63,075 nt of DNA from the NCBI RefSeq assembly GCF_001194135.2, contig NC_068981.1, positions 35,357,849-35,420,923 on the forward strand. Direction: 5' to 3'. Source of the stretch: Octopus bimaculoides. Lineage: Eukaryota. A program made the translations under genes and the position numbers. Position 1 is the first letter of the stretch. Each line of letters begins with the position of its first letter. This document shows, piece by piece, positions 1-12,959 of the stretch. Below the pieces are notes generated by a model, which was given only the letters and a program-made list of their open reading frames with translations, was not told the DNA's origin and made no database searches.

Positions 1-34
<34 letters not shown>

Positions 35-1885
35 CATACATATATGTATAAATACATATTCACAGAGATATACCACCATTTTATCATATTTATTTAGAAT
101 ATTTAGCATTGTTATAGATATGCGCGTGTATTATATCGCTTAATTTGACTAAATGATAGCTTTTTCTCTCAAGTAGCGTTAGTTTTAAATCTAACATGAA
201 AAATGCTAAATTGGCTACATTGATCGGGTGTACATCCTGTCAAATACATGTTAGTCAGTCTGCTGAAGTACGAATGTCACTGGATCCTTTGACGATAAAT
301 AGCTACTCTTCGTGATAGTTATTCAATCAACTAAATGCCTCCCTTGTGGGTTTGTGGTCTTGCGCCAATAACTGAAATGAATCATTATTGAAAATTGCGA
401 TAATACTTGTAATAAACCGAAAAAAGGTTTCCATGATATTGTTATTTAACCCCATTTCATGTCTGATTGAGTATATATCTATGATCAAAAGTAACCCAAC
501 CATTATCAATGTAGGATTACATTATCCAGTGTAACCTTTCCTTAGCGAAAACAGTCAGACGGTGGAGGAAATGTCTGGAAAAATGACTGCTGTTTCTAGC
601 AGACCCATCGATCACATGATTAAGTCATTAATGACTTGTGGAGACACTGTATTTCGTTATGCAATCATAGTATACTACAAAGTATATTAAACGCTTTATA
701 AGTCAATACCATGTTAGTAATGCTATTAAAACACTTATTAAGGTTACTTCTACAGATTTTTTATACTTCAACAAATGATTAACTCAATTGTTGTTGATGT
801 TTTAACTGTAGGTTAACCCTGATCGAACGTCCTTTCCTTATTTGAGACAGTAAAATGTATTGAGGGAGATTTGCATGCTATTTCTAAAAGGTTGAACAAA
901 CACGTCGCGGTTCCTCCTTTAGTGAAATGTTTCGCGACGCTATGAATACATATATATGAATAAACGAATAGCAAGCTATTCGTTACAAATCTACAAATAT
1001 CTCGGCGGATATAATGACTTAAACATATTTTCAGTTTTGTTTTATTTAATCGCATGGGGTGTAAATTATTTTAAAAGACTGTTTAGGGATTATAGAACTT
1101 CAAACGTAATACTTCAGCATAGTTAATAGATCATGTCAATTAAGAGAATTTTGTTTTCTCTTAAAAGATGGTCTGCAAAGTGACATAGGTTTGTTCTTGT
1201 TTTATCTCAGTTCTCACAACTTAATGTGTGTCGTCTACTTCTCAGAAATCGTTGGTTGAAATGGTTGACATTTCTCACTCACAAGCTTTTTTCATATTTT
1301 GACATTAAAAAACAACTGTTTTTACCATATTAGGTAACTAAGCAGTTAAATATAGGCCAAGGGGAAATTGACGCAAGTTACAGCTCGGAGCATTGTACGA
1401 GTAGATCCTTAAACCCGCTATTCGGTTACACGAGAGCCAATAATATAATTACTTAGAATAATAAAAGGTAACATATTTATGTATGTGAGGAGTATAGTCA
1501 ATGTAACGAAGACACTGCGTGGCCAATGGATTTGCTGGAAAGAACAGCCTCAACCCCCCCCCCTACTATTTAAAAAAAAAGTACGAATTTAATAATATAA
1601 TCCTATAGATACACAATGATGTGATGGTCATGGCGAAAACGTTTTTGATCACGTCTGGCTTGATTAGAGCTAAACAACTTTTTTTTTTAAGCTGAGATCA
1701 CTATTGGTGTGACCCAATGATACCACTGCTCGGCTACCTAAGGAATGATGTTTCAGATTTCATCGTCAGTCCCATACCGGGCAGGTTTTTTGAAATAGTT
1801 GTCCCACATAAATTGGAATGTGTTCGTTTTTGTGGAATACAATAAAATGACAAAAAATAACGAAAAGGCGAAAAAAAAAATTACT

Positions 1886-2236
1886 NNNNNNNNNNNNNNN
1901 NNNNNNNNNNNNNNNNNNNNNNNNNNNNNNNNNNNNNNNNNNNNNNNNNNNNNNNNNNNNNNNNNNNNNNNNNNNNNNNNNNNNNNNNNNNNNNNNNNNN
2001 NNNNNNNNNNNNNNNNNNNNNNNNNNNNNNNNNNNNNNNNNNNNNNNNNNNNNNNNNNNNNNNNNNNNNNNNNNNNNNNNNNNNNNNNNNNNNNNNNNNN
2101 NNNNNNNNNNNNNNNNNNNNNNNNNNNNNNNNNNNNNNNNNNNNNNNNNNNNNNNNNNNNNNNNNNNNNNNNNNNNNNNNNNNNNNNNNNNNNNNNNNNN
2201 NNNNNNNNNNNNNNNNNNNNNNNNNNNNNNNNNNNN
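1886..2236. other. Assembly gap (N run)
   Basis: Run of N; ORF-track entries crossing it are artefacts. Confidence 0.99.
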
Positions 2237-2300
2237 AGATACCTTGAACTATATTTTTAAATGTCTTCTTCCTTTTTAAAGACCGTTAGTGTAATTTAAT

Positions 2301-3467
2301 GAAGATTTTGATGTTATTTCTTGCAGGTCGAACAACCACGTATATGTTCTTTTTTCGGTTCGCCAACTATTTGCCGAGTACGTTTCACCGTTGTAAACAA
2401 CGGACGTACTGAAAACGTGTATGTTCTGTTGTCATGTTTTGCAAACCAGTACGAAGTTGTATGACTAACAATATTTCCTCCTTTGAATCGTTATATGAAA
2501 TATGAAGCCTTCCGCTGTTTTCACGAACTAATAGGTTATTTGCACCGCCGCCGCCGTCACTACTATTACTATTACTTTTGATAACTAATATGCTTAACTA
2601 CAGCTTTCTTTAAGTTTTAAGTTCATATCCCACCCCACTTCCTGTGGAGGGTGCGAGGCCAATTTTATTGATTGTTCCTCCTAAGATTTAATCTGTGACA
2701 TTCTTCTTACTTCAATATAAGTCAATATTGACGCTATCAAAACATATTAGGTAATGGATCTTTCAATTTGAACTACCTTTTTCAATTTTATTGAAAATCT
2801 CTACACAAATATAGTTTTTCGTGCCAGTTACGAAAATTATAACATTTATTGTGGAAATTTAATAATAAAAACCATTAAAGACAATTATTTTTGCAATTTT
2901 AGCTTATCAGGTCCAGTCATTCGTTTTATGCTTACGCGATGTTATGGAGTTTCATGTTTTTTGTTTTGTTTTGTTTTTGTTATAGATGCGCAACGTAAAG
3001 GCAACCACAATAAATTGTTAAATTTTGATAATAAAGAGTCACTAAATGTTTAAAGAATAAAATATTTAATGAAAGTAAACAACAAATTAACATTTTCAAT
3101 GATATTTTGCGATGCACTGTAAATATTAATCCTAACCCTAATTCTAAATCCTAAACCCTAACCCTCACTTGGTTACGATGAGAACATATGAAAACAACAT
3201 CGTCTGCCAGATGGGATGTTGAGAATAGATAAATCTGAGTGGCTAAAATTACAAAAATAATTTTAAAAAATGATAATCTTTAATATCTGTAACTACTTCC
3301 ACTTATTAATTTCTCAAAAGATTGTTGCGATTTTTGTAACCGGCATGAAAACCTACATCCGTGTAGAATTTGTAGAAATTTTCAATGAAATTGAAGTGGG
3401 TAGTTCAAACCGAAAAAAGAACATATGCGTGGTTGTTCGACCTGCAAGAAATAACACCAAAATCTTC
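2301..3467. mobile_element. Putative non-autonomous DNA transposon / foldback bounded by 60-bp inverted repeats
   Basis: 2301-2360 (GAAGATTTTGATGTTATTTCTTGCAGGTCGAACAACCACG...) is the reverse complement of 3408-3467 at 58/60; internal CCTAAC-like tract ~3131-3165; no clear TSD. Confidence 0.5.
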
Positions 3468-4442
3468 TCATTGGTCAAAAGATATTTATATGAAATGACG
3501 AACCCTGTAAAATAAAAATAGATTTCTGGTTAACTATATTTACCACCCAGTTAAATTATTTAAAGCTATATTCTCTTGTTTTACGTTACTAATATTTTTT
3601 CAGTTTCTATTTCCTCTCCTCTAAAATCTCATGTTTCCGGGTTTTTAATCTGAAAGATTAAACTTTGTTTCTTTAAAAAATATTTTATTTCAAATCAATA
3701 TTTTATTTAACATAAAACATTTCGAAACAGCAAGAGTCAAATCGTTTGCATGTACAATAAGGATTATAAAATATGCTGTGTTGTTACAGCGTATAATTAA
3801 CTACAGTCGCATTTTTTAATGTCAAAGTAACACAACAATGCTTATAAGGTTCATACGTCTGACTGAGAGAACATGTGGATTATATTGACTTTTAAATAGA
3901 TTCTAAGAGAAATGGAAATCCCGATAGCCCAGCTGTTGTTGATGTTCTATCGTTAACTTGGGTATAAATTCATAAATCATCTTTTCGTATACGAAAATGC
4001 AATATATTTAAAGTTTCTGCGTTGAGTGAAAAAGTAATAGTTTCCGCTATAAAGAGTCCGCAATGTGGATTCAGTTTGCGTTGCTTTACTTCCGCTGTAA
4101 ATGAAAAAGAACTAGCAAAAATAACGTATACAGAGTTATGTAACATAATTCTCTTACTTTTCATTTATAGGATAGGCAAGAGGAGGAAATGAATAAATGC
4201 CCCATTTTCCACTAAAATACAGAACATTTGTTCATAATCAAAAAAGAAACATAAACAGCATTTTTTTCTCGTCTTTGATGCGCAACAATATGGAAGGAAA
4301 ACAACTGCCGAACCATTATTACAGTAAACCAGTCTTCGTTTTGGAGAAATGTTCATATGTTTTTAGGAAAATGACACCAAGTAAATTGTTGTAAGTTTAG
4401 AAGATATTGTTTAAAGTTTCATGCATGGCACATTATTTACTA

Positions 4443-4933
4443 NNNNNNNNNNNNNNNNNNNNNNNNNNNNNNNNNNNNNNNNNNNNNNNNNNNNNNNNNN
4501 NNNNNNNNNNNNNNNNNNNNNNNNNNNNNNNNNNNNNNNNNNNNNNNNNNNNNNNNNNNNNNNNNNNNNNNNNNNNNNNNNNNNNNNNNNNNNNNNNNNN
4601 NNNNNNNNNNNNNNNNNNNNNNNNNNNNNNNNNNNNNNNNNNNNNNNNNNNNNNNNNNNNNNNNNNNNNNNNNNNNNNNNNNNNNNNNNNNNNNNNNNNN
4701 NNNNNNNNNNNNNNNNNNNNNNNNNNNNNNNNNNNNNNNNNNNNNNNNNNNNNNNNNNNNNNNNNNNNNNNNNNNNNNNNNNNNNNNNNNNNNNNNNNNN
4801 NNNNNNNNNNNNNNNNNNNNNNNNNNNNNNNNNNNNNNNNNNNNNNNNNNNNNNNNNNNNNNNNNNNNNNNNNNNNNNNNNNNNNNNNNNNNNNNNNNNN
4901 NNNNNNNNNNNNNNNNNNNNNNNNNNNNNNNNN
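4443..4933. other. Assembly gap (N run)
   Basis: Run of N. Confidence 0.99.
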
Positions 4934-5310
4934 ACAGCAAATTTAAAAAGAAAAAAGCAAATAAAACGAAGAAAAAAAAAGAAAATGAAAAAAGCAAATT
5001 TAAAATGAAAAAAGCAAATAAAACGAAGCTATGGCTTAATCAGCCAAAGGAGTAAATGTAAACAACTGAATACTTGTCAGTGATTGGTTGAAATTATAGA
5101 AATAAGACAATTTTTTACATGAAATAAATTCGAATACAAAAATATTTTTCTGTTCTATAACACAAAATTGATAAGTATACGAAGTTTGAAAGTCTTTCGG
5201 TACCAAAAACACTACGTAAAACATTAATGAAAAATGTGGCCCCCGTTTTAAAAAAGATCCCTAGCTAGTTTTGTGACAAGTGTGATGCAATTCTCTGTTG
5301 AAGTATGTTT

Positions 5311-5550
5311 ATTACCTCCGCCTTAGCGAAGGCGGAGGTATTGTTTTCAGTGCCGGACAAGGATTCTGGATTATTTTTCCGGTTTATTTGCTTAATTTTT
5401 GTGAGCAGTCGGGTTCAGTTTTAGCATTCTCGTTTGTGAGAGCAGTCAAGTTGATTTCAGATATTCTCATTTTAAAAATCATCTCCGGCTAATCGTTGAG
5501 AAAACGTTGGTGTTTCCTTGGCGGTAGTTCGTGCTCTCTGAGTGCTCTTC
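5311..5550 (+). mobile_element. Non-autonomous Helentron/Helitron2-like element (HINE/DINE-1 type)
   Basis: 5' perfect hairpin TACCTCCGCCTT-AGCG-AAGGCGGAGGTA (5313-5340); 3' subterminal CCTTGGCGG (5516) then short hairpin GTGCTC-TCT-GAGTGC and T-rich end. Confidence 0.55.
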
Positions 5551-5833
5551 TTTCATTTAAGCTGATAATCTTTTCGCAATTCTCTGTTGTAGTACATTCG
5601 TTTCATTTAAGCTGATAATATTTTTCGAATGACAATGTGGACATTACAGCAATTTATTTGCACTCCTCTTGAACACACTGGGCATTGTGCATAGGGATTT
5701 CAATTAATATTTCGTTTTATGAATCAGAAAATGAAACTACTTAACTCGGTACATCGTCAATTTTTGGAAACTCGAAAGTGATAGAATTGTTCTCTTCGAA
5801 ACTGAAAGTTTATTTCGGAAAGCACACACACAT

Positions 5834-5902
5834 TCTCTCTCTCTCTCTCTCTCTTTCTTTCTCTCTCTCTTTCTTTCTCTCTCTCTTTCTTTCTCTCTCT
5901 CT

Positions 5903-5934
<32 letters not shown>

Positions 5935-5965
5935 TTCTTTTTTTCTCTCTCTCTCTCTCCCTCTC
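5834..5965. repeat. (CT)n/(CTTT)n microsatellite running into gap
   Basis: Seen directly. Confidence 0.95.
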
Positions 5966-6835
5966 NNNNNNNNNNNNNNNNNNNNNNNNNNNNNNNNNNN
6001 NNNNNNNNNNNNNNNNNNNNNNNNNNNNNNNNNNNNNNNNNNNNNNNNNNNNNNNNNNNNNNNNNNNNNNNNNNNNNNNNNNNNNNNNNNNNNNNNNNNN
6101 NNNNNNNNNNNNNNNNNNNNNNNNNNNNNNNNNNNNNNNNNNNNNNNNNNNNNNNNNNNNNNNNNNNNNNNNNNNNNNNNNNNNNNNNNNNNNNNNNNNN
6201 NNNNNNNNNNNNNNNNNNNNNNNNNNNNNNNNNNNNNNNNNNNNNNNNNNNNNNNNNNNNNNNNNNNNNNNNNNNNNNNNNNNNNNNNNNNNNNNNNNNN
6301 NNNNNNNNNNNNNNNNNNNNNNNNNNNNNNNNNNNNNNNNNNNNNNNNNNNNNNNNNNNNNNNNNNNNNNNNNNNNNNNNNNNNNNNNNNNNNNNNNNNN
6401 NNNNNNNNNNNNNNNNNNNNNNNNNNNNNNNNNNNNNNNNNNNNNNNNNNNNNNNNNNNNNNNNNNNNNNNNNNNNNNNNNNNNNNNNNNNNNNNNNNNN
6501 NNNNNNNNNNNNNNNNNNNNNNNNNNNNNNNNNNNNNNNNNNNNNNNNNNNNNNNNNNNNNNNNNNNNNNNNNNNNNNNNNNNNNNNNNNNNNNNNNNNN
6601 NNNNNNNNNNNNNNNNNNNNNNNNNNNNNNNNNNNNNNNNNNNNNNNNNNNNNNNNNNNNNNNNNNNNNNNNNNNNNNNNNNNNNNNNNNNNNNNNNNNN
6701 NNNNNNNNNNNNNNNNNNNNNNNNNNNNNNNNNNNNNNNNNNNNNNNNNNNNNNNNNNNNNNNNNNNNNNNNNNNNNNNNNNNNNNNNNNNNNNNNNNNN
6801 NNNNNNNNNNNNNNNNNNNNNNNNNNNNNNNNNNN
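5966..6835. other. Assembly gap (N run)
   Basis: Run of N. Confidence 0.99.
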
Positions 6836-6990
6836 ACATGGGTATTTATTAGATTTATAAAAATGAATAGAAAATGGAGATATACAATTGTCAATTCAAA
6901 ATTAAAATTTATTAACATAGTATTATGTTATATTCTTTTAATAATATAATATAATATAATATAATATAATATAACAAATATTAAATACAA

Positions 6991-7073
6991 ATTACATACA
7001 ATTGTTTCGATTCTTACCCATAATAAAATTATAAAAATCCATTGTCTGTGGGTAAGAATCTTTTCAGTGTAAT
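6991..7073 (-). ncRNA. Type-I hammerhead ribozyme motif with G8A core variant
   Basis: Minus strand: stem I ATTACA/TGTAAT; core CTGAAAA; stem II GATTCTTACCCA/TGGGTAAGAATC (12 bp perfect); GAAA; stem III AC-AATT-GT (palindromic); GUA triplet; followed by (TATTA)n tail. Confidence 0.75.
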
Positions 7074-7321
7074 GTTTGATATATGAGGATTCACAGATCC
7101 AAGAAAAGACTGAATTTAAATATATTTATGTTTTCAAGCGTGAGCGTCAATAACTAAACACAAAAAGAAAGATAAAAAGTAAAATATGAAAAATAAACTA
7201 ATATAACGGTCATAAAATATATTTGTATACTATTAAGTATTTTAATCTAAATATATCTTAGTGCATTAGTCCGAATAATTCATTTGAAAACGAAAGAAAA
7301 CTAATATATTGAATACAAATG

Positions 7322-7457
7322 CAATGGCGTAGTGTGGAGTATACGGGATCGCCGGGGCTTCCATTTTATATACGTGCTTGCTGTAGTTGTAGGTACATCA
7401 CATTTATGGAAGTGGGTAACCAATTTGGTTACCGCACCAACCCACGCTATGCCACTG
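7322..7457. mobile_element. Short hAT-like MITE
   Basis: Imperfect TIRs CAATGGCGTAGTGTGG / CCACGCTATGCCACTG; no clear TSD. Confidence 0.4.
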
Positions 7458-8943
7458 CACTATGCACTGATGTCTAATGTTTATTTATAACATTTTTTTT
7501 TTATCTGAAAGTGAAATGTAATTACAACATAGACTATAATACTCCCGAATGCATTTTGTAAATGACGTGTTTTGTTGATGGGAATGATATTAGTAGTCAG
7601 TTGCAAAGAAGATTCTTTTAGTTTCATTGTATTGATGACTTGGTCGATACTGCCGAACATTATTCTACTTTCACTTGATTATACCGATCACTACCGAGTT
7701 CAGAGTAATTTCACTGTCTGATTCGTAAAGCGAAAGAGTCCCGTTATCAAACTGAAAGTTTATTTCGGAATTGTTTATTTATTGAAGAAAAGGCTGAAAA
7801 TTTCAGACAGCAAACGCCTGTGAGAATCATAGAAGACATTATTAACATTGACGATCTGGTTGAAAGGAATTACTTCCTACAGAGTATTTGCACTTTGACA
7901 ATTGATATTGAAATTACCATTAAGTTTCTTTCATAGTTGATATTAATTAATAATTCGGCGGTGTACTGTAATTAACCAATGCGTTTGGTGAATTGCCAGA
8001 TGTGTTGAGATAGAAAAGCTCGAAATTGTTATTTGTGCAGTCACGATCGAAGCATCAGACAAGTTTCTTTTTTCTCTGGGTCCCGTATACCACACTCTCA
8101 CTTTATAGAACTGATCTATTAGTGGGCAGCAATTGAAAACCAGTTTGTTATGAAGAAGGTTGGTGGCCATACTGAAGTAATAGTTAACTGATATAATTAC
8201 ATCGGGGTTCAGTTTATTGTTCATTTTCAGCAAAAGCCGATTATTGCTGAATTTGTTCTTTCACTCTCTGGAATAAGTACCAAATTCTCGCGAACTTTAT
8301 AATCGAATCTTCAAAATTACACAAAACAGAACTGTATGAAAAACAAATCCACTTCTAATCTACCTGGAAAATAGTGTATGATAGTTACTGCCTAGTTTGG
8401 TGGAACAAACAGGATAAACTGTGCTTAAGACATGAATACATATTCGTTATATGCAACAAAAGCAGTCTTAGATTAAAACAGCCATCTGTATATCATGCGT
8501 AATGCAAATACATCACGAAAATCCAAATTAACTGCAGTCTGCCGGCTAATTACGGCACCAGCGATTTTTCAGTCACTGTTTTTCCACATCAGTGACGACG
8601 GATTTGTCTTAGCATGTGATTTCCAGTGAGTACAAGCTACTTACAAAGTCTAATGAAGCAGAGATGTGCATCTGGCATTTTCATCCCTGCTAGACGATTT
8701 TCTTCTGCTACTGATATATTAGTGTTATTAAACACAGTGCGTCCTTAAGAGATATCACCTCTGGACGAAGAATGCCTTTTCGTGATGTACCTGCATTAAA
8801 CATGATACATAGATGGATGTGTGTGTGTAATTGACTGAAAGTTGCAAAAATGACTCAAGGACCGAGAGTTTTTTGGTGTAACTTTCAGGCGATTAAAAAT
8901 GATAAATATAAAAGAATATACACATCATGGAAAATATAAGAAA

Positions 8944-9580
8944 CTAACAGAGGCACCCGGCGTTGCTCGGGAATGAAATTGTTGCTTATATACTTGAAGA
9001 AAAAAAAGGCAAAATATGCTGTATAGAAATTTGAGGACATTCTGTAGATGGATTCTCAGATGAATGATGGCTGGGCGCCTCTCATGAATGGGGGAAATTG
9101 AAGATGTGCCAAAAAGCCTCATTGGTACTTGGAAATTTTTACGAAAATTAAAATGGGAATTAAATGAAAAAAATGATTTACGTGAATATCATCACAAGAG
9201 TAACTGAAATAAATGGCGATTGTGGAACCCCCCACCCACGCGCGCATACACACGTGTGTCTTTGTAAATATGTTTGTATACATTTATGTATGTGTGCGTT
9301 TGTAAGAGACAGAGTGTGAGTGAGTGNNNNNNNNNNNNNNNNNNNNNNNNNNNNNNNNNNNNNNNNNNNNNNNNNNNNNNNNNNNNNNNNNNNNNNNNNN
9401 NNNNNNNNNNNNNNNNNNNNCCACGCGCGCATACACACGTGTGTCTTTGTAAATATGTTTGTATACATTTATGTATGTGTGCGTTTGTAAGAGACAGAGT
9501 GTGAGTGAGTGAAGGTGTGTGTGTGTGTGCATGTGTATGTGTGAGACAGAGTGAGAGAGCGGTGTGTATGTAGTATTTAC

Positions 9581-9641
<61 letters not shown>

Positions 9642-9905
9642 CACACTCACACACAAAATAGAGAGTGAAGCTTTTTTGCCGTTGTTACGTCAATACCGGA
9701 AATTGACATTGAGGAACCTTTTTAAAGAAGTGAATCTTAAATATAAAGCAATATTATTTATTTTTAATTAAAAAAATCAAATGAAGAACCTAAGATTTAT
9801 CCGAGGTCAAATTATTCACGCATCACAAGTATGGAAGCATTTGGTGAAGTCGATTTCACGTGAAAAGCGATTACACACACATCTCTGTTTTATATATAAT
9901 ATAGA
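8944..9905 (-). mobile_element. Non-autonomous Helitron
   Basis: Minus strand begins TCTATATTATATATAAAAC at ~9905 and ends with GC hairpin CCCGAGCAACGCCGGG followed by ..GTTAG|T at 8944 (CTRR-like 3' end); internal microsatellites and a gap. Confidence 0.6.
9327..9420. other. Assembly gap flanked by identical 91-bp copies
   Basis: 9236-9326 equals 9421-9511. Confidence 0.95.
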
Positions 9906-11246
9906 TATAGATAGATGAAATTTCAAATGTTTGCTGAATATAGGGATTTGGAACATCCTGTGAAATATAGGGACTGGACTTACTGGTGCTTAATGAATGT
10001 ATATGGTTCGGAAACTAAATTAATAAACTTATTATGTAGTTGATTAACTCAATGAGAGGACAAAAAAAAAAAACAAAAAAAAAAACAATTACCATAACAG
10101 CAGACTCAATTACGATAACATAATTACATTAGCAAATATAAACACATATCCGCATGGGTGTATATATGTGTTTCTAATTAAATACTGTCTATGACAATAC
10201 CAAAACCCACAAGAATCAGACTCGTGCATAGAATTCTCTATTAACATCAATTACCTCTAGATATATATATTTGTTTTGATTTTTCTTTTGTCTTCTATGT
10301 ATTATCGATAAAGATACTGTACATCAGTATTTATTATATTAGACTCATCCTCTCTTCTACTCCAGCACAGATGTATTTTAAACTTCTATGTGTTTTTGTT
10401 GTTGTTGTTGTATATTGATTTCTAACTTCGCTTCAAGGTCACGCATTTGTTCGGTTGGGCTATATTGATCGAATCGTATTCTCACTATACGACTGTTATT
10501 TTTTTTTTATCGACTCCCACCCACGAAAGAATTCGAAATCGATTAAAATTAGAGTGAGTTAAGGTTCCTCGTGAACCAAATCCGCGACACATTTTCGAAT
10601 CTAGATTAAATCCATTTCTTTGCACTTTCATAGTGCAATAGTTTTCTGAAGAAGCAAGAACCTCAACCATATCATTTTTATAAAAGTGAGGCCGTGTAAA
10701 CTAATTTAAATATATTAAAATTCCTTGAAAGATTACTAAATATGTTCACTTTGTGGAAGCATGATTTACTAGGTGTTGAATGATTAGTAGAGCTGATTTT
10801 AGCCGCGTGCTGTTACCCACATTAAAACAAAGACCATTTAATGCTTTCGATGAAACTATTTATTTACATAGAATATAACAGAGGTTTTTGTCAAGAGCAA
10901 CCGTATGCCAAAAGTATCTAGATAAGGATTTATCGCTAGAAGTATGATTGCATGGTAGCTAGAAAAGGTAGCCATATCTTCGTGTTGTGAGAGGCGGGAA
11001 AAGTCTGTGTCCATTCTAAAACAAACGATTCCTTTTTAATCCGGGGTCAAGCAGCAACCAAGAAACTTGCTTCTTACGAACTTCTGTTGTCTTTGACTCT
11101 CTATACTGATAGTGATGCGCATCTCAGTTCATACCTATGTTTTTTTGGGGGAAACTCGTGGAAAATTCAATCGATCATACAATTGCAGCTGAAATACTGC
11201 TGGTCAAAATTCAGGGCCAGTTACCTAATAATATACTGCAGTTTAT

Positions 11247-11439
11247 TTCTCGTTACTGAGCTGATGTAGTTTCAAATCTAAGCTCCGCCACATTTTCTTT
11301 AGCAAAACATAAACTTATTCGGATTCCTATGTCTTCAAGAACAGATTACGATTTTCTATTCTTTCACTGGTTTCACTCAGTCATTGAACTATATTGCCAT
11401 TCTGTAGTGTCGCAATCAAGGTTTTCAGTCGATCTTTCG
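11247..11439 (+). repeat. Direct repeat copy 1 (~195 bp)
   Basis: Matches 12699-12896; last 74 bp identical. Confidence 0.9.
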
Positions 11440-12199
11440 AGGGTTTTTAACAAACTATTTATCAAGTTGCTAAAATTACTGGACGTATAAGGACAACATA
11501 AATAACACATACTACACGTACACAAACAGCGGTCTTTTGCAAACGTTTAGCCGATCATCTGTAATCTCAGTACCTATTTCAATCTGGTAATAATTGTAAC
11601 AATTTGTATTTACTTAGTTAACCTTTTTGATATAAAGGGACGCAACTCAACATCCATGAACATACAGACATAGGCACATGCTCAAAAACTTACATGCACG
11701 CATGCATGTATGTATGTTTACACACATAAGATCTAAGAATAAAATAATTTGTCCTGGTATATATCCGTGGTGTTTATTTTCTCCAAGATGAAATGCCAAG
11801 GTGGGTGACAAGACAAAAGTTGAAATTGAAATCGGAAGATGCTTGCTCCAATAAACTAAAATGATTCATTCACTTCTTGGTCGATATGATCTAAAAATCT
11901 TAAAACGACTTTCTACTTCGAAATACCTAATAGATGTAATATATTTTAATGAAATACGCTTATAACCGTTTAAATAATAGACTCTTGTTTCCGTCTACTT
12001 GTTCAATGAAATAATGTTTGCTTTATTTTCTCCAATGAAGTAATAATAGTTCTTCGGTGTCAATGAAATACGTCCAAGTCAGTCAATGTCTAATAGAACA
12101 GAAAAGATACAAGTAAAATAATTAGAGCACGCAAAGCGTTGTTATATAGAAACATTACCCCTATAAAAGTTCTTCAGTCTATTTTAATAATTATTGGTT

Positions 12200-12385
12200 T
12201 TGTGCTGGAGTACAGCGTGGAGGAGGAGTAGGTCGATTACATCGACTTCAGCGCTCAACTGGTACTTATTTTATCGACCCCGAAAGGATGAAAGGCAAAG
12301 TTGACCTCGGCAGAATCTGAACTTAGAACGTAAAGGCGGGCAAAATGCCACTAAGCATGTTTAGTGACATTTTGCACGGTGTAGT
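12200..12385 (-). mobile_element. tRNA-derived SINE family A (decayed copy)
   Basis: AAGGATGAAAGGCAAAGTTGACCTCGGC core shared with about 20 copies in the window; B-box GTTCAAATTCC-like motif on the minus strand. Confidence 0.8.
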
Positions 12386-12462
12386 AAAGAATCTGCAAGC
12401 TGAATGCCTTATACGATGTAAATATATTGACAGGACAATAAGTATGTTCTCTTTAGATCAAC

Positions 12463-12602
12463 CATGGGCAAACTGCGACCCACGGAACTTTCTGAATGGC
12501 GTACTTACGAAAAATGATCTTGAATTCTTTTAGTAATGCTGTACGCCTTGATAAGCCATGTCTCACACGGCCTGATTCTCGAAAATAGTTGCCTATGCCA
12601 GC
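12463..12602. mobile_element. hAT/Charlie-like MITE remnant
   Basis: Imperfect TIRs CAACCATGGGCAAAC ... GTTGCCTATGCCAG with CTTTA-like flanks. Confidence 0.35.
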
Positions 12603-12698
12603 TTTAAAATCTATCAAGCAATCGACTTATGACACATCCAATCCATCTGCTGCTCTACTTTTTGAAGGTGTTGCCTCCAGAAAAGTTATTTGAAATTA

Positions 12699-12896
12699 TT
12701 CTCGTTACTGAGCTGATGCAGTTTCAAATCTAAGCTCCGCCACATTTTTTTTTTCAGAAAAACATAAACTTATTGGGATTCCTCCATTTTCAAGAACGGA
12801 GATTACGATTTTCTACTCTTTTACTGGTTTCACTCAGTCATTGAACTATATTGCCATTCTGTAGTGTCGCAATCAAGGTTTTCAGTCGATCTTTCG
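12699..12896 (+). repeat. Direct repeat copy 2 (~195 bp)
   Basis: Matches 11247-11439. Confidence 0.9.
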
Positions 12897-12959
12897 GCTT
12901 TAGTTGATCATATCGTTTAGAACTTCGATCTTTTAAAATCCTAGAACTTAATTAAATCG

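Noticed and set aside
1745-1775. CTGACGA...GAAAC on the minus strand
   Set aside because: No credible stem II or cleavage-site register
7711-7937. ~75-codon open frame (..IIEDIINIDDLVERNYF..)
   Set aside because: No start or splice signals; the resemblance to helicase DIEDL motifs is too weak
8645-8790. Minus-strand exon-like segment with gcag| and |gtaagt
   Set aside because: Stops in all three frames; cannot be supported as coding, and a non-coding exon is untestable here
9236-9511. Identical 91-bp direct repeat
   Set aside because: Flanks a 94-N gap exactly; most likely an unmerged contig overlap
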